A stretch of DNA of 63,670 nt, the filler included, from Reclinomonas americana ATCC 50394 (Eukaryota): NCBI GenBank assembly GCA_048213135.1. It is 5 parts of 3 records of this genome, joined end to end, with 100 filler letters (N's around TTAATTAATTAA, not from the genome) between each part and the next. Parts side by side here need not be neighbours in the genome. Positions count along the whole stretch, not along the records: positions 1 to 30,740 come from PS015038.1; 4 more parts are not named here. One strand, 5' to 3'. The notes beneath the pieces are model-generated. The model was not told where the DNA came from. It did no database searches and was given only the letters and a program-made list of their open reading frames with translations. The translations under genes were made by a program, and so were the position numbers. Shown piece by piece: positions 1 to 17,542 of this stretch; the first letter of the stretch is position 1, and every line of letters begins with the position of its first letter.

Positions 1-119
1 AAATATGCATTGCACGAACCAATTCGGCGCTCGCCAGTCGCGGAGACCGAGGTGAGGTGGGGCGGTAGTTCTCGGGCTTTGGGGGCACAGGTGGCAGCAC
101 CGGCAAGCTGGCCAAAAGT

Positions 120-2050
120 TCAGCTGACATTGGCGCCATTGTCGGCGACGATTGTGGAGAATGCTGCTGCGATGGCGACTGCTTCCTTTCGTCTGCGTGT
201 CGACAAGAGTGAGGTCAGCGACATCATCACATGCGCGCACGCATTCGAGCACACCGACCTTGAAAGCGCACTCGATGAGGCGAAAGAGGCTTGGACTCTG
301 CGCACAGGCTGATGAGAAAAAAGACGGCAGAAATAAAAGGAGAAGCCCTTCTGGTAACACACACCGGCGTGAGGAGCAATGGATGACGGTCGAGGTGGCG
401 ACGAAGGAGCCGCATCCACTGCTTCCATGTCAACGTCTTCCCGCTGCGCTCGCACCAGGGGCACAGGCTGGCTGCCGGCGTCGGCCGCCGTCCGGGCCAG
501 TGCATTGGTGGCACGAATGTCTTGCACAATGCTGCTGCCGCCGTAGCTGGTGCCACTCGGTGGCGAGCGCTGCGTGGAGCCATTGGCAGTGGCCGCCGAC
601 TGGGGCAACGGATGGGACAGCGACTCGTGGAATGTGTCACGGACGACGTCGTGCACGCGTGCTCGCAACGACGACGGACTCGTCTCGTCGGCATTGACCG
701 CCGCAGTCGGTTGGTACTGATAGTGCGGATGCCCAGTGGCCGCCGCCACTGCGACACGCGCCGGCGACGATCGCGCACTCCCGCTGTCGGTGGAGCTCGG
801 AGACCGACCATCGGCAGAGAACGCCGGCCCCAATGCCGACTCCTCATTGTCCAACGCCATTCTCCGTGATACTTCGTCGGCCACAGTTGCCGACGACAAT
901 CGCTGAGCGGCCACTCCGCTGCCGAAACCAGAGCCTGCGTGCGCGACATTTTTGAGAAGCAAGGAGGGAGGAGAGAGAAAAACAGAGAGAAAACGCACCA
1001 GGCAGCTGGCTGTCCATTGAGCGAAGCAGCTGGCGCAAAATGGCGACCGTCTGCGCTTCCGGCGTAGCCTCCATGGCGGGCAGCACTCGAGAGTCGGCGG
1101 CGGCGGTGGCGGGTGCCGATGCCGGTTGAGGAGTGGCCAGCGCGCTCATACTGAGTAGTGGCATGGCGGGTGACGAGTCACCGCCACTGAGGACGCATCA
1201 CACAGTGCGATTAGGAGAGCGACAATTATAGGTGGAAGAAAATAAAGAGCGCACTCACCGAGCCGACGGCGGCAGTGAACCAGAGGCCGCCGACCGCGGC
1301 GAACTGGAGAAACTCATCGCGTCATGCGAGGCGCCCTTGCTGTCGTTTCCTGTGGGGGCGGCGGCGGCGGCGGCGGCGGCGGCGACGGCCACCATCATGT
1401 ACGAATCGGCTCCGCGCGGGCTCCCGCCGTTACTTGCCGCATGCGCTCCCGCTCCCGTCGGTGCCGACGTCAGCGTGGCGTAGCCATTCATGGGACTGGA
1501 AGCGAGTGCCGATGGAGTGAGCGGTGGTGAGCGCCGAGGCGACATGTCGTGCGCGGGCTCATTCACGGAGGAGTCGAGTTGCTGCAGCGGCGAGACAGCC
1601 GCCGGATGGCGACGCACACCGAGCGGGGGCGAACATGAAATCTCCACAGTCTCCGAATCTAAGAGTGGACGATTGAGAGTTTGGCGTAGAGGGGAAAAGA
1701 GTGCGCCTCATCACCAATCACGCAACTCTGCTCCGCCACCTCGACAATCGAGTCGCATTCGGACTGCGACAGCTCGTTTCCCGACAGATTAATGTAGGCC
1801 AGCTTCGGGTGCACTCGCAGCACGTCCACAATGGCACGACAGCCGTCGTATTGCACAAAATTGTCGCGCAANNNNNNNNNNNNNNNNNNNNCCCCAAATC
1901 AAAGAGAGAAAGAGGGATGGATGCACGAGGTGAAGGAGACGCAAAAGGGAGGCAAGCAGGAGGAAAGGCGAGGAGGGAGGAGAGAGGAGAGGAAGAGAGG
2001 AGAGAGAGTGAATGTGTTGCAGTATTAGACGAGAATGCAGAGTGTGCGTC

Positions 2051-2121
<71 letters not shown>

Positions 2122-2587
2122 TGAGTGCACGTGTCAGTGAGCTTGCCCTCTCACTCCTTCTCTGTGTTTCAGTTACTCACCACCCGAGATCCAACACTGT
2201 GAGTCCGCGCACATACACCAACGCCGTGCACACCTGCGCCAACTCCTCATGCGACAAGCGCGTGGCATACAAGTGCACACGCACATCGACTCCCACAGGC
2301 AACGCACTCGAGGACGAGGAAGACGACGAGGTGACCACTGCCTCCTTGACTTCACGACACGAGCGCAGTGTGACTGTGCGACGCGTCAAGTGCGACGGAA
2401 GCTGCTGTTGTTGCTGTTGTGTGTCGCTTTGGTCCACTTCTTGTTCCATATGCTCCGCTTCTTGTGTGGTTGTTGTCGTGGTGTTGGCGGCTCTCATTCT
2501 GCGTATGTGAGCCTCTGCATAGCCGCCTCCGCCTCCAGTGGTGGTGGTGGAAGAGGAGGAGGCAGTGGGTTCCACTGCTGTGCTCAT
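120..2587 (-). CDS. Multi-exon RNI-like leucine-rich-repeat protein with long Ser/Ala/Pro-rich tail (3' end uncertain)
   Basis: ATG at 2587. Exons encode LSHEELAQVCTALVYVRGLTVLDLG and RDNFVQYDGCRAIVDVLRVHPKLAYINLSGNELSQSECDSIVE (LxxLxLxxN LRR pattern), followed by low-complexity exons. Confidence 0.5.
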
Positions 2588-3202
2588 ATCTCTGCGTGAA
2601 GGAGAGGAAGAGAGCTGCTTGTGTGGACAATATTAGATTGTCTGTCTGTCTCGTGTGTTTCTGTGTGCGACATGAGTGCTGTGGAGCCACCTGTGGACCG
2701 TGAATGGTGTGTGTGAGTGAGGGGATGAGTGAGAGAACAAGAGAGAGTGTGCACGTTGATGTGTGAGGAAGAGTGCAATCACTCGTCTCTCTCTCTCTCA
2801 CACACACACACTCACTCACTCACTCACGCTCACGCTGACACTCACACTCACACTGACACACATACGTTCAAGCATTGAGAGAAGGGGCGGCGTGTGAGGA
2901 CTCGTCATTCTCTCACAGTGAGGGCGAGAGAGAGTTGCACTTGCAGAGACGTTTGCGTGCATTCACTCTCTCTCTCTCTCTCCTCGCGTTTGCGTGAGAA
3001 TGACACATGCATTGCGCTCATTCACTCTGTTCACACACGCTCATACTCTTCAGCGAATGCTTGCACTCATCGCTCATCCAAACCATCACCTGCACTCACC
3101 CTCCACTCCTTCTCTCTCTCCGCCTCTCTCCCTTCTCTCTCTCTCTCTCCCTTCTCTCTCTCTCTCTCTCTCTCCCTCTCACTCTCCTTGTTTGTTTTCC
3201 AG

Positions 3203-6643
<3,441 letters not shown>

Positions 6644-6713
6644 GAGTTGCCTACCCACAAGGTGCGCCTTACGTTTCTGTTTCATTATCATGTCACGGAC
6701 GAATCCCTTACCC

Positions 6714-9700
6714 CTATCGATCTTGCGACAGGATGATGATGCTGTAGGCACCGATGGATGTATCCGCGTAAAACAAATAACCATCGCGACGTCCGCTCAC
6801 TGCCTCCACGCTCCTGTCGTATATAGTCAAGAGGGTGGCATAAGGGTTTTGTCTTTTGACAACGCATGTGCGACAACAACAACGCAACTGGCCGACCGGC
6901 AAGCCGTCATTGTGCAGTATCTCGTGGTAGGCGCCGCTGTCGCTGTTGAACCTGTGCGGCAATCAACAGTCATCCATGGCGCCCACTCACCCCCACATCG
7001 CCGTCGCCGCCGCAAGAGACGTACCGAACAACCCAGCGTCCAGGCCGCGGCAGACCGATGCGATACACGGGGAACTTGGTGTTCGAAAAGTTGGCCAGCA
7101 CAATGACATCGTCACCCGGGCCGCCGCGATCCCTGCCCACCACACGTTAGCGACCTGACCACCAACAAAGAGATGACGAGTAACACAAGCAAACCATCGG
7201 TGGAACAAGATGGCAGGCGCCGCCTGATTCGAGTGATGCACGCGAACGTGTTGTCCAGTGAGACCACGAGTCGTGCCGTCCTTGTTCAGTCGCAGGCGCA
7301 GCAGATCAGAGAGCATCGTGAACATGGCTGCGTGCAGCGTAAGGTGATGAACACCGTGATGCACTTCCTTCCTTCACAAGGGAAACGCCCTCACCTCGCC
7401 CGGCGCCCCGTTCACGTCGCGTCATGTCGAAAACCGGCGGTGCTGGCCACTTGTGCGGGCTCTGCCACTCGGCCACCTCCTGGCCCTGCAGAAGCATGGG
7501 AATGCCCGGTGCACACAGCAACATGGCGTTGACGAGACTCGCTCGCTTCAACGAAAAGTAGTTTTCGCCTTGCGTGCGATGCGAGATGGCCTCCACCAAC
7601 CGGTGCTGTGCACGCGGTGAGCCACTCCTTGACATGTGCATATCTATATCACATGTTGCCACAAACCTGCCGATCAGCGGGCGCCGTGTCGTGCGACTCG
7701 GTGTAGATTAGGCGAGAAAAGCCGTCGGTGGTGAAGCGGTCGACAAGAACCTCGCGCACGAGCTGCATGTCGCGTGCCTTGTCCGAGTGTTGAGTGGCGG
7801 CATTGTACATGACAGAGAAGAAGCGCGCATCCCACTGCGAGTCGCAGCAGCAACCACCGCCATTCATGATCGGGTCGTGCTGCATATCCTCAGCAATCAC
7901 GTGGCAGTCGGGGAAGCGCATGTGAATGTCGTCGCAGATTTCCTACAATACAGCAGTCAGTCAGCCATTTATGGTGGGCCTTCCCCGTGCAAGCACAGGC
8001 ACGTACCTGCAGAAGCGTGTAGGCCTCGGGCAGCTCCTCATTGGCCGTCGTGCGGCGCATGGTATTCGTGGAGTCGATGCGCAGGCCGTCCACGTGATAC
8101 ACCTCGAACCACTCCATCATCGAGTCGCGAATGTAGCGCCGCACGTGCGGCTTGCTGAAATCGGGGCGCGGACCGTACGGCGTGTTGCTGCGAGTGAGAG
8201 ACGGTGAGTGTAGGCAGAGGCGAAGGAATCGTGAGGCAGCCTGGCCGTACCGCTTCTTGTCGTTGGGATAGAACCAGCAATTGGGCAGCACGCTCTCCGA
8301 ACTGTGCAGGGCATTCAGCGTCTCACTGCAGAGTGGGAAAGGAAACAAAGATAAACACACCTCATGTGGTTCGGCACGACGTCAATGATCACCGCAATGT
8401 GCAGCTCGTGTGCCGCATTGACGAGAGCCTTGAGGTCGTCCGGTGTACCGTACTCGCGGTGAATGGCAAACAGGGAGACTATGCAGCGATGCACAGCGTC
8501 AGAAAAGGTGGGTTTCACGTTGACGTACACAGAACACGAGTGCCGCAACTCGGATCATAGCCCCAGCACTGCGAGTGGCGATCTGCGCACTTAAACACCA
8601 GTGAGAAACATGATTATCTGCACATAGCACACCGTCCATGCACGTCACCTTGCGTGACCGGCATGAGCTGAATGGCAGTCGCGCCGAGGTCTGCCAAGTG
8701 TTGCAGGCCGGCAATGGCACTCTGGAAGGTGCCGTGCATCTGACCCGCCGGCACCACAAACGACCCAATGTGCATCTCGTAAATGATCAGGTGCTCTGCG
8801 CCAACACGAGGCGGTGATGAGTGGGAAAGTCAGCGCAACAGGTAAGAGGAGAGCACACCTCTCGGAGGCGGCTTGTAGCCGGCGTCGGTCCACGCAAACT
8901 GCATGTGATCCCACACAACACTGTGCATGCGTTGACGGCCACGCAGGTCGCTGGCCACCACGACGGCCGATCGCGGATCCACCAGCGTGATTTGCGTGCC
9001 AGTGGCCGTGGTGGCCACCAGGGTGTACTGCTGCCCGCACCTCGCCTGCGGCACAGTGCCACAAAAGAAGCCGTCGTCGTCTACTCACACGCAGTCCACG
9101 GTAAGAACATAGCAAGAGCAAGGCACGTGCAGGGCGCGCCACCGACCAACACGATCCAGCGGGCAAGCGCCCACCGTCCAGTCGTTAAACTCGCCCACCA
9201 CGCAGGCAGAGACGGCCGTCGGTTCCCACATGGAGAAGAAGAGTCCGGCACCTCCGTCGTCCACATGAGCAAACGGAGTCGCGCTCTCCCGATACAACCC
9301 ACGAGCTCTTTAAGAGTAGCCACAGATTGAGGATATAAAGCGCATACAGTAGAACTAGAGTAACACGCAACTCCTCCAGTGGTCGCACAGAGATGGTCGA
9401 GACCAGCTCGAAACCGCAATGATTGCACGGCTGTTCCAACTGACGTAGCGGTCGTCGTTGCCCGCACCGATAGCACTCAAAGTAGTCGTCGACGCTGGAA
9501 GGAGCTGCAGCAGACAAGGCACCGATGGCATGCGAGGCCAGGGCCAGTGAGCGCGATCCACTGTCCGCTCGTCGCGTGTGACACACCTGTTCTCGACCAT
9601 GATCAGACAGACAAGGCGGGAGAATAGCACAGGTGCGTGAGAGGCATCGAGTGACGTACCCTGCACGCAGTGGCACTGTCGTTGTTGTCGTACTTGCAGC

Positions 9701-10028
9701 GCGGGCAGAACCACACTGCCTGCGCAGAGACAAAGGATCAGTCAGTGATGATCATTCTCTCACTGCCTCTTCTTCCTCACACACACACCGATGCAGCTGA
9801 CAAGGCAGCCACCAGTTCCTCAGTGTCGCGCACTTCTTGGGGCACTGCTGCGGCCGCGGAGGCAGAGGATCCGGAGGCAGAGAAAACAGGAGGAGGTGCG
9901 GCCCACACGGTCTCGGGGTAACCACAAGAGGCGCAGGAGAGTTGGAACCCGTGCTCGTCGAACTCGAGAGGGGTCGAGCGAAGGCATTGTGGGCAAGCCC
10001 ACAACTCAGGCTCGTCCGCGCCCGCCAT
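6714..10028 (-). CDS. GH13 alpha-glucan enzyme (GlgB/TreZ-like: CBM48 + catalytic barrel + C-terminal beta domain) with three N-terminal Cys4 zinc fingers
   Basis: Spliced motifs FSMWEPTA, IYEMHIGSF, LGATAIQLMP, WGYDP, YGTPDDLKALVNAAH, IIDVVPNH, DGLRIDS, IAED, YTESHD, GIPMLLQGQE, GGPGDDVIVLANFS, RFNSD and IGAYSIIILSQDR*. The N-terminus has CxxC pairs including WFCPRCKYDNNDSATACRVC. Confidence 0.85.
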
Positions 10029-10230
10029 GTCGACAACAAAATATCCTGTCACGGCTTGTCCTGTTCGTGTTCTCGCCCCTCTTGTCTGGCTGTCTGCTTT
10101 GCACGAGTTGGCTTGTCTCTGTCTGTTGTCTGTCCGCCGCGAAGACGAAAGATTTTTCGCGTTTCATTCACGGCACATGACAAAGAGGCAAAAGAAGAAG
10201 AAAGGAACAAGCCACCGGAAGGGTGGCAGC

Positions 10231-13200
10231 TTACGCTGTGCGACCGAACGCAGCCCAGCTGTAGTCGACTTGCGAGACTGTGCCAGTGGTGACTGCGAAG
10301 CACACCTGGAGTGAGGCGGCGGTGATGGCGCCCGTGGTGAGGCTGAAGTTGTATGCGCTGTTCGACGAGGTGGCACGGTATCCGCGCACGAATACGGCGG
10401 CCACTGGCGCGCTGGTGAAGTGTCCGCTGGGGAACGTGATGGTGTCTGCAGGGCAACCGGCAGCCGAAACCGTACCCTCGCCGGCCAGCAAGCCGTATCC
10501 GCTAGGTGAGCTGTCGGGGAACGACAGGTACTCTGCGTGTACGCAAAGTCAGAATTAACACGAGCTGCACACAGAAGCGGTGACAAGCGCGCAAGACGCA
10601 ACGGTAGGTGAGACGGGACATGCGGGTATCGCCGTACAGCACCGCCTGGTAGCGGAAGTCACGGCGACCGACACCGACAAACACACCGCCCGAGAACGAC
10701 GTGTCAAAGCCGGTGGCGCTGTACAGCGCGCGCAGGGAGGTCACCAGCGACGGGGTGGAGGCATACGGGCCGAGGCTGCTTGCCCGATCCTGCTGCCGCA
10801 CAGTCGGCAACACGTCGCCGCTGGGCGCCCACCAATCGCGGCGGAGTTGTGAGGAGAAGTAGACGGCGCCTTGCGACGTGAGCGACACGTCACGCGGCGT
10901 GTATTGCGCCAGCACGTTGATCTCCAGGTTCTGCACGTAGGAGTGAGCATCAACGACAACGAGGACAATCTGCACACCCCAGTGCGTACCGACACCGAAG
11001 TCGAGCCGTAGGTGAGGCAGCGGATGGTGATGCCGAATGCGTCAAACTTGCTGCTCACGCACAATATTCCACGAATGGGCAAGAGCATTCATACATCAAG
11101 ACACATGTGTCAACAGGTGTACGCAACGTGGCAGCACAGTACACACGGCTGTCGGTCACACCGAAACCAATGCCGGAGAAACCAGTGATGACGGCCGGAC
11201 GGCGGGCTGAGTCATTTACAGTCAGAGAGAGACGATTGCCAACGTACAAGAGAAAGGGACCAATCGATCGTACCGAATCGCTGCGGGAAAGTGATCTGGG
11301 TGACCAAGGTGCGCGTGCCCGGTGGCGCGTCAAACTTGGAAGCAGTCCACTCGGGTGTCGGACCGACGGCTGGCGTAATCTGAGCCGTGTACACCTCTGC
11401 GGAAATGAAACAGAGCACGCGATTAGTTACCTTACTGCCAAACACAGAGCACACGACTGACGCACGGCTGCCAATGGTCAAGAGACCGCGCGAGTTCTCG
11501 TCGGTGAGCGGCAGGTTGATCCATGTGCCACCCGCGTTCTGTCGGTAGCACACTTGCATGGCGCGGCTCGGGGCGGCCACACTCAGCTTCACAACAAACG
11601 TCTGGTACACAGAGGTGTGCGGCAGCAGTTGCAGGAAGCCCGACGGTTCTGCGGTGGTGCTCGCAAAGCGCGTGACATCGGCATCGTCGGCGCCATTGCA
11701 TGTGCCGGCGTTGCTCAGGGTCTCGATGGCGAACTCGGCGCAATCCGTAAACTGGCCTTGCAGCGTGAGAGCAACCTGAGTTGCTGTCGGCTGGGGAGTG
11801 AGGGGGGAGAAAGAGGGAGGAAGTCAGCCGCACAAGCACCACATCAAGTAGAGACAGAGAGTGGCACGCACGGCAAACTCGGGATGCGTCCACGTCGGCG
11901 TCGACGCGAAAGCTGCAGTCAATGACCGACGAGGACAAGTCAGTATGACAGACAAGGAAATCTTCGCGGAGCCTTTCATCCAACGCAACGAATGACTTGA
12001 ATGGTGCGAATGGGCACGTACGACTCGCTGGCGCTCCACTGCACGCAGATCGACAGGTTGTTGCTCAGCGACGGCGCGCTGACATTGGTCGCGCCAGTGC
12101 AGTCGGCACGAGTGCTAACGGCGAGAATGTATCGGCTTCCGGTCGGCGCGCTGACGGCCGTGGCGCTGATGGAGGCGTTGGGGACGGCAGTTGGTGTGCC
12201 GGCCGTCGACGCCAAGCAGTCGGTGTCGGACGAGAGCACGAAAGTGGCGCCGGTGAGCGGGAACTGTGCGCCAGTGAACTTCATCTGGGCATTGGCGATG
12301 CCAGTCGGAATCTGTGTGGCCGTGTCGGCGGCGAACGTGGCCTTCACTGCAGTCACACAAGAGACACAAAAAATGTTAGCGGGAAGAACAAAGACAAGAG
12401 GGTAGAGACGGATGCTTCTCGTAACGCAACAGACGTGCACGGTTCCGTTGATCACGGCGCGGTAGGTGCCAGAGGCGTTCAGGTTGGCGCACAGCGTGAG
12501 GCCGTAGCGACCGACAGTCTGCAGGGAGGTGTCGAACTTGAGGGTGACGTCGGTGAGACCCGTGTACGTCTGCACCGTGGTCGGGACGGTGGCCGAGTAG
12601 TTGGTGCCGGTAGTGCACGACGAAGTCGTGAAGAGGGCATACGTGTCGGTGGCCTGGAAGCCGGCGGCGTTGGTGTTGAACTGCACCAGAATGTTGGCCT
12701 GCGACGACGTCAAGTAGACGGGAGTCGGGGCGGCAAAGCACGGTCCGTTCACAACCAGGGTGCTACCGGTCCACGTCACCACCGTGTTGCCGCTGACGTC
12801 GCTGGTGGCGCACACGTAAACGGGGGTGAGTTGGCGATCAGGGTGAGCCGTTGTGTCAACGATCCACGTCTGGGCCGTCGAGGTGCCACCGGCTTGCGGC
12901 GTGATGGCTATAGTGCCCGCGTACGCGGTGAGGCAGTCGGCCGCCGTGAACAAGCCATACGATGAGGTGGCAGCAAGCGGCACCGCAAACAGATCCTTGC
13001 CGCTGACGGCGATGGACTGCAGGCCAAGGCTGGTGCAAGTGCCCGCATTCACCGAGAAGGGACTGTCGCAAGCAAGGCAGGGAGAGGGTGGGTGAAGGAT
13101 TTCGACAGGTACAGCACCGCTGCTCACATCACGTACCGAGGCACCGTCACGCACGGCCGGTCAATGTTGACAATGTTGCCGGTGTTGCTGTAGTTGCCCT

Positions 13201-14389
13201 CGACGGCGGTCTTCATGCACAGGAAGAGGCCGGTGAGCGAGGTGGACTGGAACACGGTGTTGAAGCCGAGCGTCTGGTTAGCCGCATCCGAGTAGGCGCG
13301 CACAGTGATCACCACATTGGTGTTGGCGCTGGCAGCCGCGCAGTCGGCGCTGGTGAACAGCTGGTACGACAGGCCGGCAGTGGCCGGGGCGGGGAAGTCG
13401 GTGCCCACCACCACAATATCTTGCGGGTTGGTGACGCACGAGCCGGCGCGCAGCGGCGTAATGACCGGCGTGGTCACGCAGGCACCTGCCAATTGGGGTG
13501 AATAACGCGTGCAATGATAGAGAGTGAATGGAAATGAAGACAACTGACCATTGAGGTTGACACTCGTGCCCGTGTAGGCGTAGGTGCCAGTGGCCGTGGA
13601 GCGCGAGCACAGGTATCCCGTGGCATTCGCCGCACCAGAGGCGCTCGTGTACGACACCGTCGAGGCCGCCAACGACAAGGTCGCCGTCACCGACGTAACG
13701 CAGTTGGTGTCGGAGAAGAGCGCCAAGCTGTTGACCGTGGCCAGGTTGGAGCCGGTGACCGCCACCGTCTGCGTGGCAGGCGCACCACCACCGCAGCTGG
13801 TCGCCGCAAACTTGATCGCGCGCGGAGCAGTGACACACGCGCCATTGACATTGACAACTGCAGTGGTGTCGCTGAACGAGCCACCAGAGGTCGACGACAC
13901 GCACAACAGCAGACCACTGTGTCACACACACACACACACAATGAGCGATCATTGTTGCTGCACAGTCACTCACGTAATAAACGCAACGTGCTGCTCAGTG
14001 AGTAGCCCGTGGTGTCAAAGGTCAGGTCGACTGAGGTGGCCGAGAGGTTGCTGGCTGTGATGACAATGTTGTTGATAATGTCGCTGTTGGAGCAGGCGGG
14101 GTTGGCCGAGACCACTGCTGTGCGGTAGAGAGTGGTGGAGGCATTGGTGGGCAGTGCTGCGCCTGCAAAGGTGCGAGTGATGGAGGAGGGAGTGGCGAAG
14201 CAGGCGCTGGAGTTGGGCACGAGAGTGATGATGGTGCCAGCGGTCACTGTGTGTATGTGTGAGAGAGTGTGTTGTGAGAGAGAAGAGTTGGAGGAGGAGA
14301 GAGACGCAACACGTCTGTGCATTTGCCACGGAGCAGCACACGAGAAGGAGGAGGACTGCAAAGAGTGACACGCGAGTGTGCGTCGTCAT
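10231..14389 (-). CDS. Large secreted Thr/Ser/Cys-rich protein A with beta-sandwich-like repeats and C-terminal H-type-lectin-like domains
   Basis: Signal peptide MTTHTRVSLFAVLLLLVCCSVANAQT. Repeats of about 100 aa with a conserved LC. C-terminus DTITFPSGHFTSAPVAAVFVRGY...ITAASLQVCF...VDYSWAAFGRTA*. Clear paralog at 18042-22105. Confidence 0.75.
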
Positions 14390-14543
14390 GACTGTGCGTG
14401 TGTTGAGTGAGTGAGTGAGTGAGAGAGAGGGCATGCACACCAAAGTGTCGCGAAACCTTCTTGGTGTTGGTGATTGTGCGCGCGCGCGCGAAAAAACCTT
14501 GAGATTTTGGTGGTGTTTGTGCAAGATTTCGCGCCAAAAAAAT

Positions 14544-17542
14544 TTACTTGGCCTTTTTCCGCCGGCTAAACATGGCTGTCTTCTGCATCGATCCGCTTCG
14601 GCTGGGCGTAAACGAAGGGCCGTTCGTCTTGCCGCCCCTCTTGTGCGCTCCGGTCTTCTTTTGCTTCTTGTTCCTCTTGTTCTGGCTTGCGGCAGCCTTC
14701 TCCGCAGCCTGCAGCTCCGCCAGGTCGGGGTCAGAGTCGTCGCCGGCGGCTTCGCCGTCGCTGCCGCTGCTGCTGCCCTTGACTACCTCGGCGGTGGTGT
14801 CGTCGAACGGCTCGTCTGCGCCGCCAAAGAGCGCCTCAAAGTCTTTTTCCGAGATCTTGCGCGACTTGAGCTTGCGCAGCAGGCGAGCGTCGTTGGCAAA
14901 CTCCTCCGCGTCGCGCGCCATGGCATCGCGTTTCCTCTTGAACCGTTCGCGACGTGTCAGTGGTGTGGCTGCAGCAGCGGCCGCCTTGGCGGCTGCGGTG
15001 GCCTTGGCTTTCTGTCGCACCATTTGCTCTGCGCGTCGCGTCTCGGCCTCGGCCTCCATCTTGAGCATGCGCGCCCGCCGAGCCTGTTCGCGGCTCTTCT
15101 CGCGGTACGGAATGTTTGCCACGTCGACGTCCTCCATCGGCGGGAAGCGATCCATGACCTTGCGCAGCTCCGGCATGCGAGGCAGCTGCACGATGCGATG
15201 AGTGCAAGCGGGAGAGGGAGAGGGGGGTGGGAGTGAGGGTGGGAGGGAGAGACGCACCGCCACGAGAGAGAGCAAGTGGGCCAGCGCGATGAGGTCGAGA
15301 GCCTTCAGTCGGAAAATGTAGCTGCACTTGTGCTCCCGGTAGCCGCGCACGTATGACACATACGCCTTTTGTGCCTTGTCAAAGAAGTCGCGGTCGGTGG
15401 CGGCCTCGCGTCGCACAAGCTCAAAGTACCGTAACCGGTCGGCGTTGGTCGACAGTCCCGTCGATTTCGACGACACTCGTGCGCCCTCTTCTTCGTCTTC
15501 GTCTTCCTCCTCCTCACCCTCGGCATCGTCCCTCATCTCCGCATCCTCTCCTTCTTGAGCTGGCCGAGCCTTGAAGGGAGCCAGAAACTCAAACTGTGTG
15601 TCCTCGATGGGAACCTTGCCGAGGCGCAAAAACTCTGCACACTCGCTGGTGAGTGAAAACGCACGCTTGCACACCGTGCCGTGCAACACGAGCGAACCAA
15701 TATATGAATCCTCCGCAGGGGTGAGGAAGAGAAGGGCACGACCGCGGCGACCCATGCGCGCCGTCCTTCCTATTCTGTGTACCATCATGCTGGGATCCTG
15801 CGGCGGATCCACTCTGTGCACACCACCGTCGCTCAGTGAGAACACCATCGTCGCCCCTTCCACCCCCACGCTTGTCGACGCAACTGAATCACAAAGTCAA
15901 CGTCGGGAATGTCGAGTCCTCGAGCCGCCACATCGGTGCACACCAGCACACCGCGCTCCGCCTTGACAAACTGCTCGTAGGTTCCGGTGCGGCGCTTCGG
16001 CACCATTTGCCCGTGCAGCGAGAACACCTCGGTCCGTTCACCGTCGCCAGCCGCCAGACACACACGCAGCACCGACGCAAAGTAGTCCACGCAAGCGCAC
16101 GTGAGGAAATACACGATGCACTTGTCGGCCACGTGGTGGCGCAGTGTCGCCACCAGTGCCGCGATCTTGTCCTCCAGTCGGCACACCAGGTACTCGTTGG
16201 TCAGCCTGCGAGTGACGAAGAAGAATAAGTGAGGCTTCACTGGCTGTGAGTGGTCCTCTCTGGAATGGCACGCAACGTCTTGGGGATCTTCGAGTCTTTG
16301 GGATGTGAAGAGGCGGGTGCCGCAGCCGTGCTGTCGGTGGCTCGTGGTTGCACGCGGACAGTGACCTTGACGGGGTTGCGCAGACCGGCGCGAATCAATT
16401 CCTGCAAGTCGTCCGTCTGGGTGGCCGAGAAGAGGCCCTGGTGTTCGAGCAGCAGATGGTGAGAGTAGTGCGGCACGCGAAACGAGGAATGGGAGAATGA
16501 ATGAGCAAACCGTGCGTCGTTGTTTTGGCAGCCTGGTGAGAATCGACGAGATCTGGTCGCGGAAACCGAGTTCAAGCAACCTACCCCAGCCGAAATGTGT
16601 CAATACCATCATGCACAGAATCGATCATGCACTCGGTGAGTGCGCACCGATCGGCCTCGTCGAGAATCAGCAGCTCCACATGCCGCGTGATCAGTCCACG
16701 CTCAATGAGGTCACCAAGACGCCCCGGAGTGCCAATCACCACCGCACACGATCGCACTCGGCGAAACTCTGCACGAGAAAAAACTCGGCTGTCACACAGA
16801 AGCACGCGTGTGGAGAGACACCAACGTCATGCACACCATCCTCCGCATCGGATCCACCAACAGCCAGTCCCACAGTGAACTCTGGCACCGCAGCATGCTC
16901 CTGCAGCTTCGTGGCCACAGCATGCACCTGATGCGCCAGCTCTCTATCAACGCACACGCAAGTGAGACACTGGCGCCAACACTCTCCTCTTGCTCCTTCA
17001 CTGCGCCCAAACACACCTCGTCGGCAACACCACCAGCGCAAACAGCGATCGCGGGGTGAGATCATTCGACGCCTTCATGCGCAACAGAAGCTCCAGTGCC
17101 GGAATGAGAAATGCCAGAGTCTTGCCACTGCCAGTGCATGCCTGTCACAGCATGTGAGCAACCGGCGCAGAACATGCACAAGGCTGCGTGTGTGTGCCCT
17201 CTCCATCTCCCCTTCTCCCGCCCTTCCTTTCTTCTCCCTCTCTCTCTCCCCCCTCTCCCTCCCTCTCTCCCTCTCTCTCCTTGTGCGAGTGAGACAAGTC
17301 ACCTCGGCGACTGCATCCTTGTTGGTGAGCAGCAGAGGAATGGTGGCCGCTTGCACTGGAGTGGCGGCGGTGAAGCCGAAGCCATCGCACAGCGCGTGCA
17401 GTGACTGATCGCTGAGAGAGCATGACAGATCGGACCATGCGGTGAAGGCCTGCATTTGTGTGAGTGTGCGTGTGGATCAGAGGGCCATGTGCAGATGCAC
17501 ATGCACAGAGCGTTCTCGGACACTGACCTTGCCGAGTGACAT
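14544..17542 (-). CDS. DDX55: DEAD-box RNA helicase DDX55/Spb4
   Basis: Q motif GFTAATPVQAATIP, plus ACTGSGKT, GTPGRL, LDEADRLL, LFSATQ, CTDVAARGLDIPDVD and HRIGRTARMG. C-terminal AYVSYVRGYREHKCSYIFRLK is typical of Spb4/DDX55. Confidence 0.9.

Noticed and set aside
10-312. Plus-strand 100-aa ORF
   Set aside because: It has no ATG start or recognisable motif and overlaps the probable 3' end of the LRR gene.
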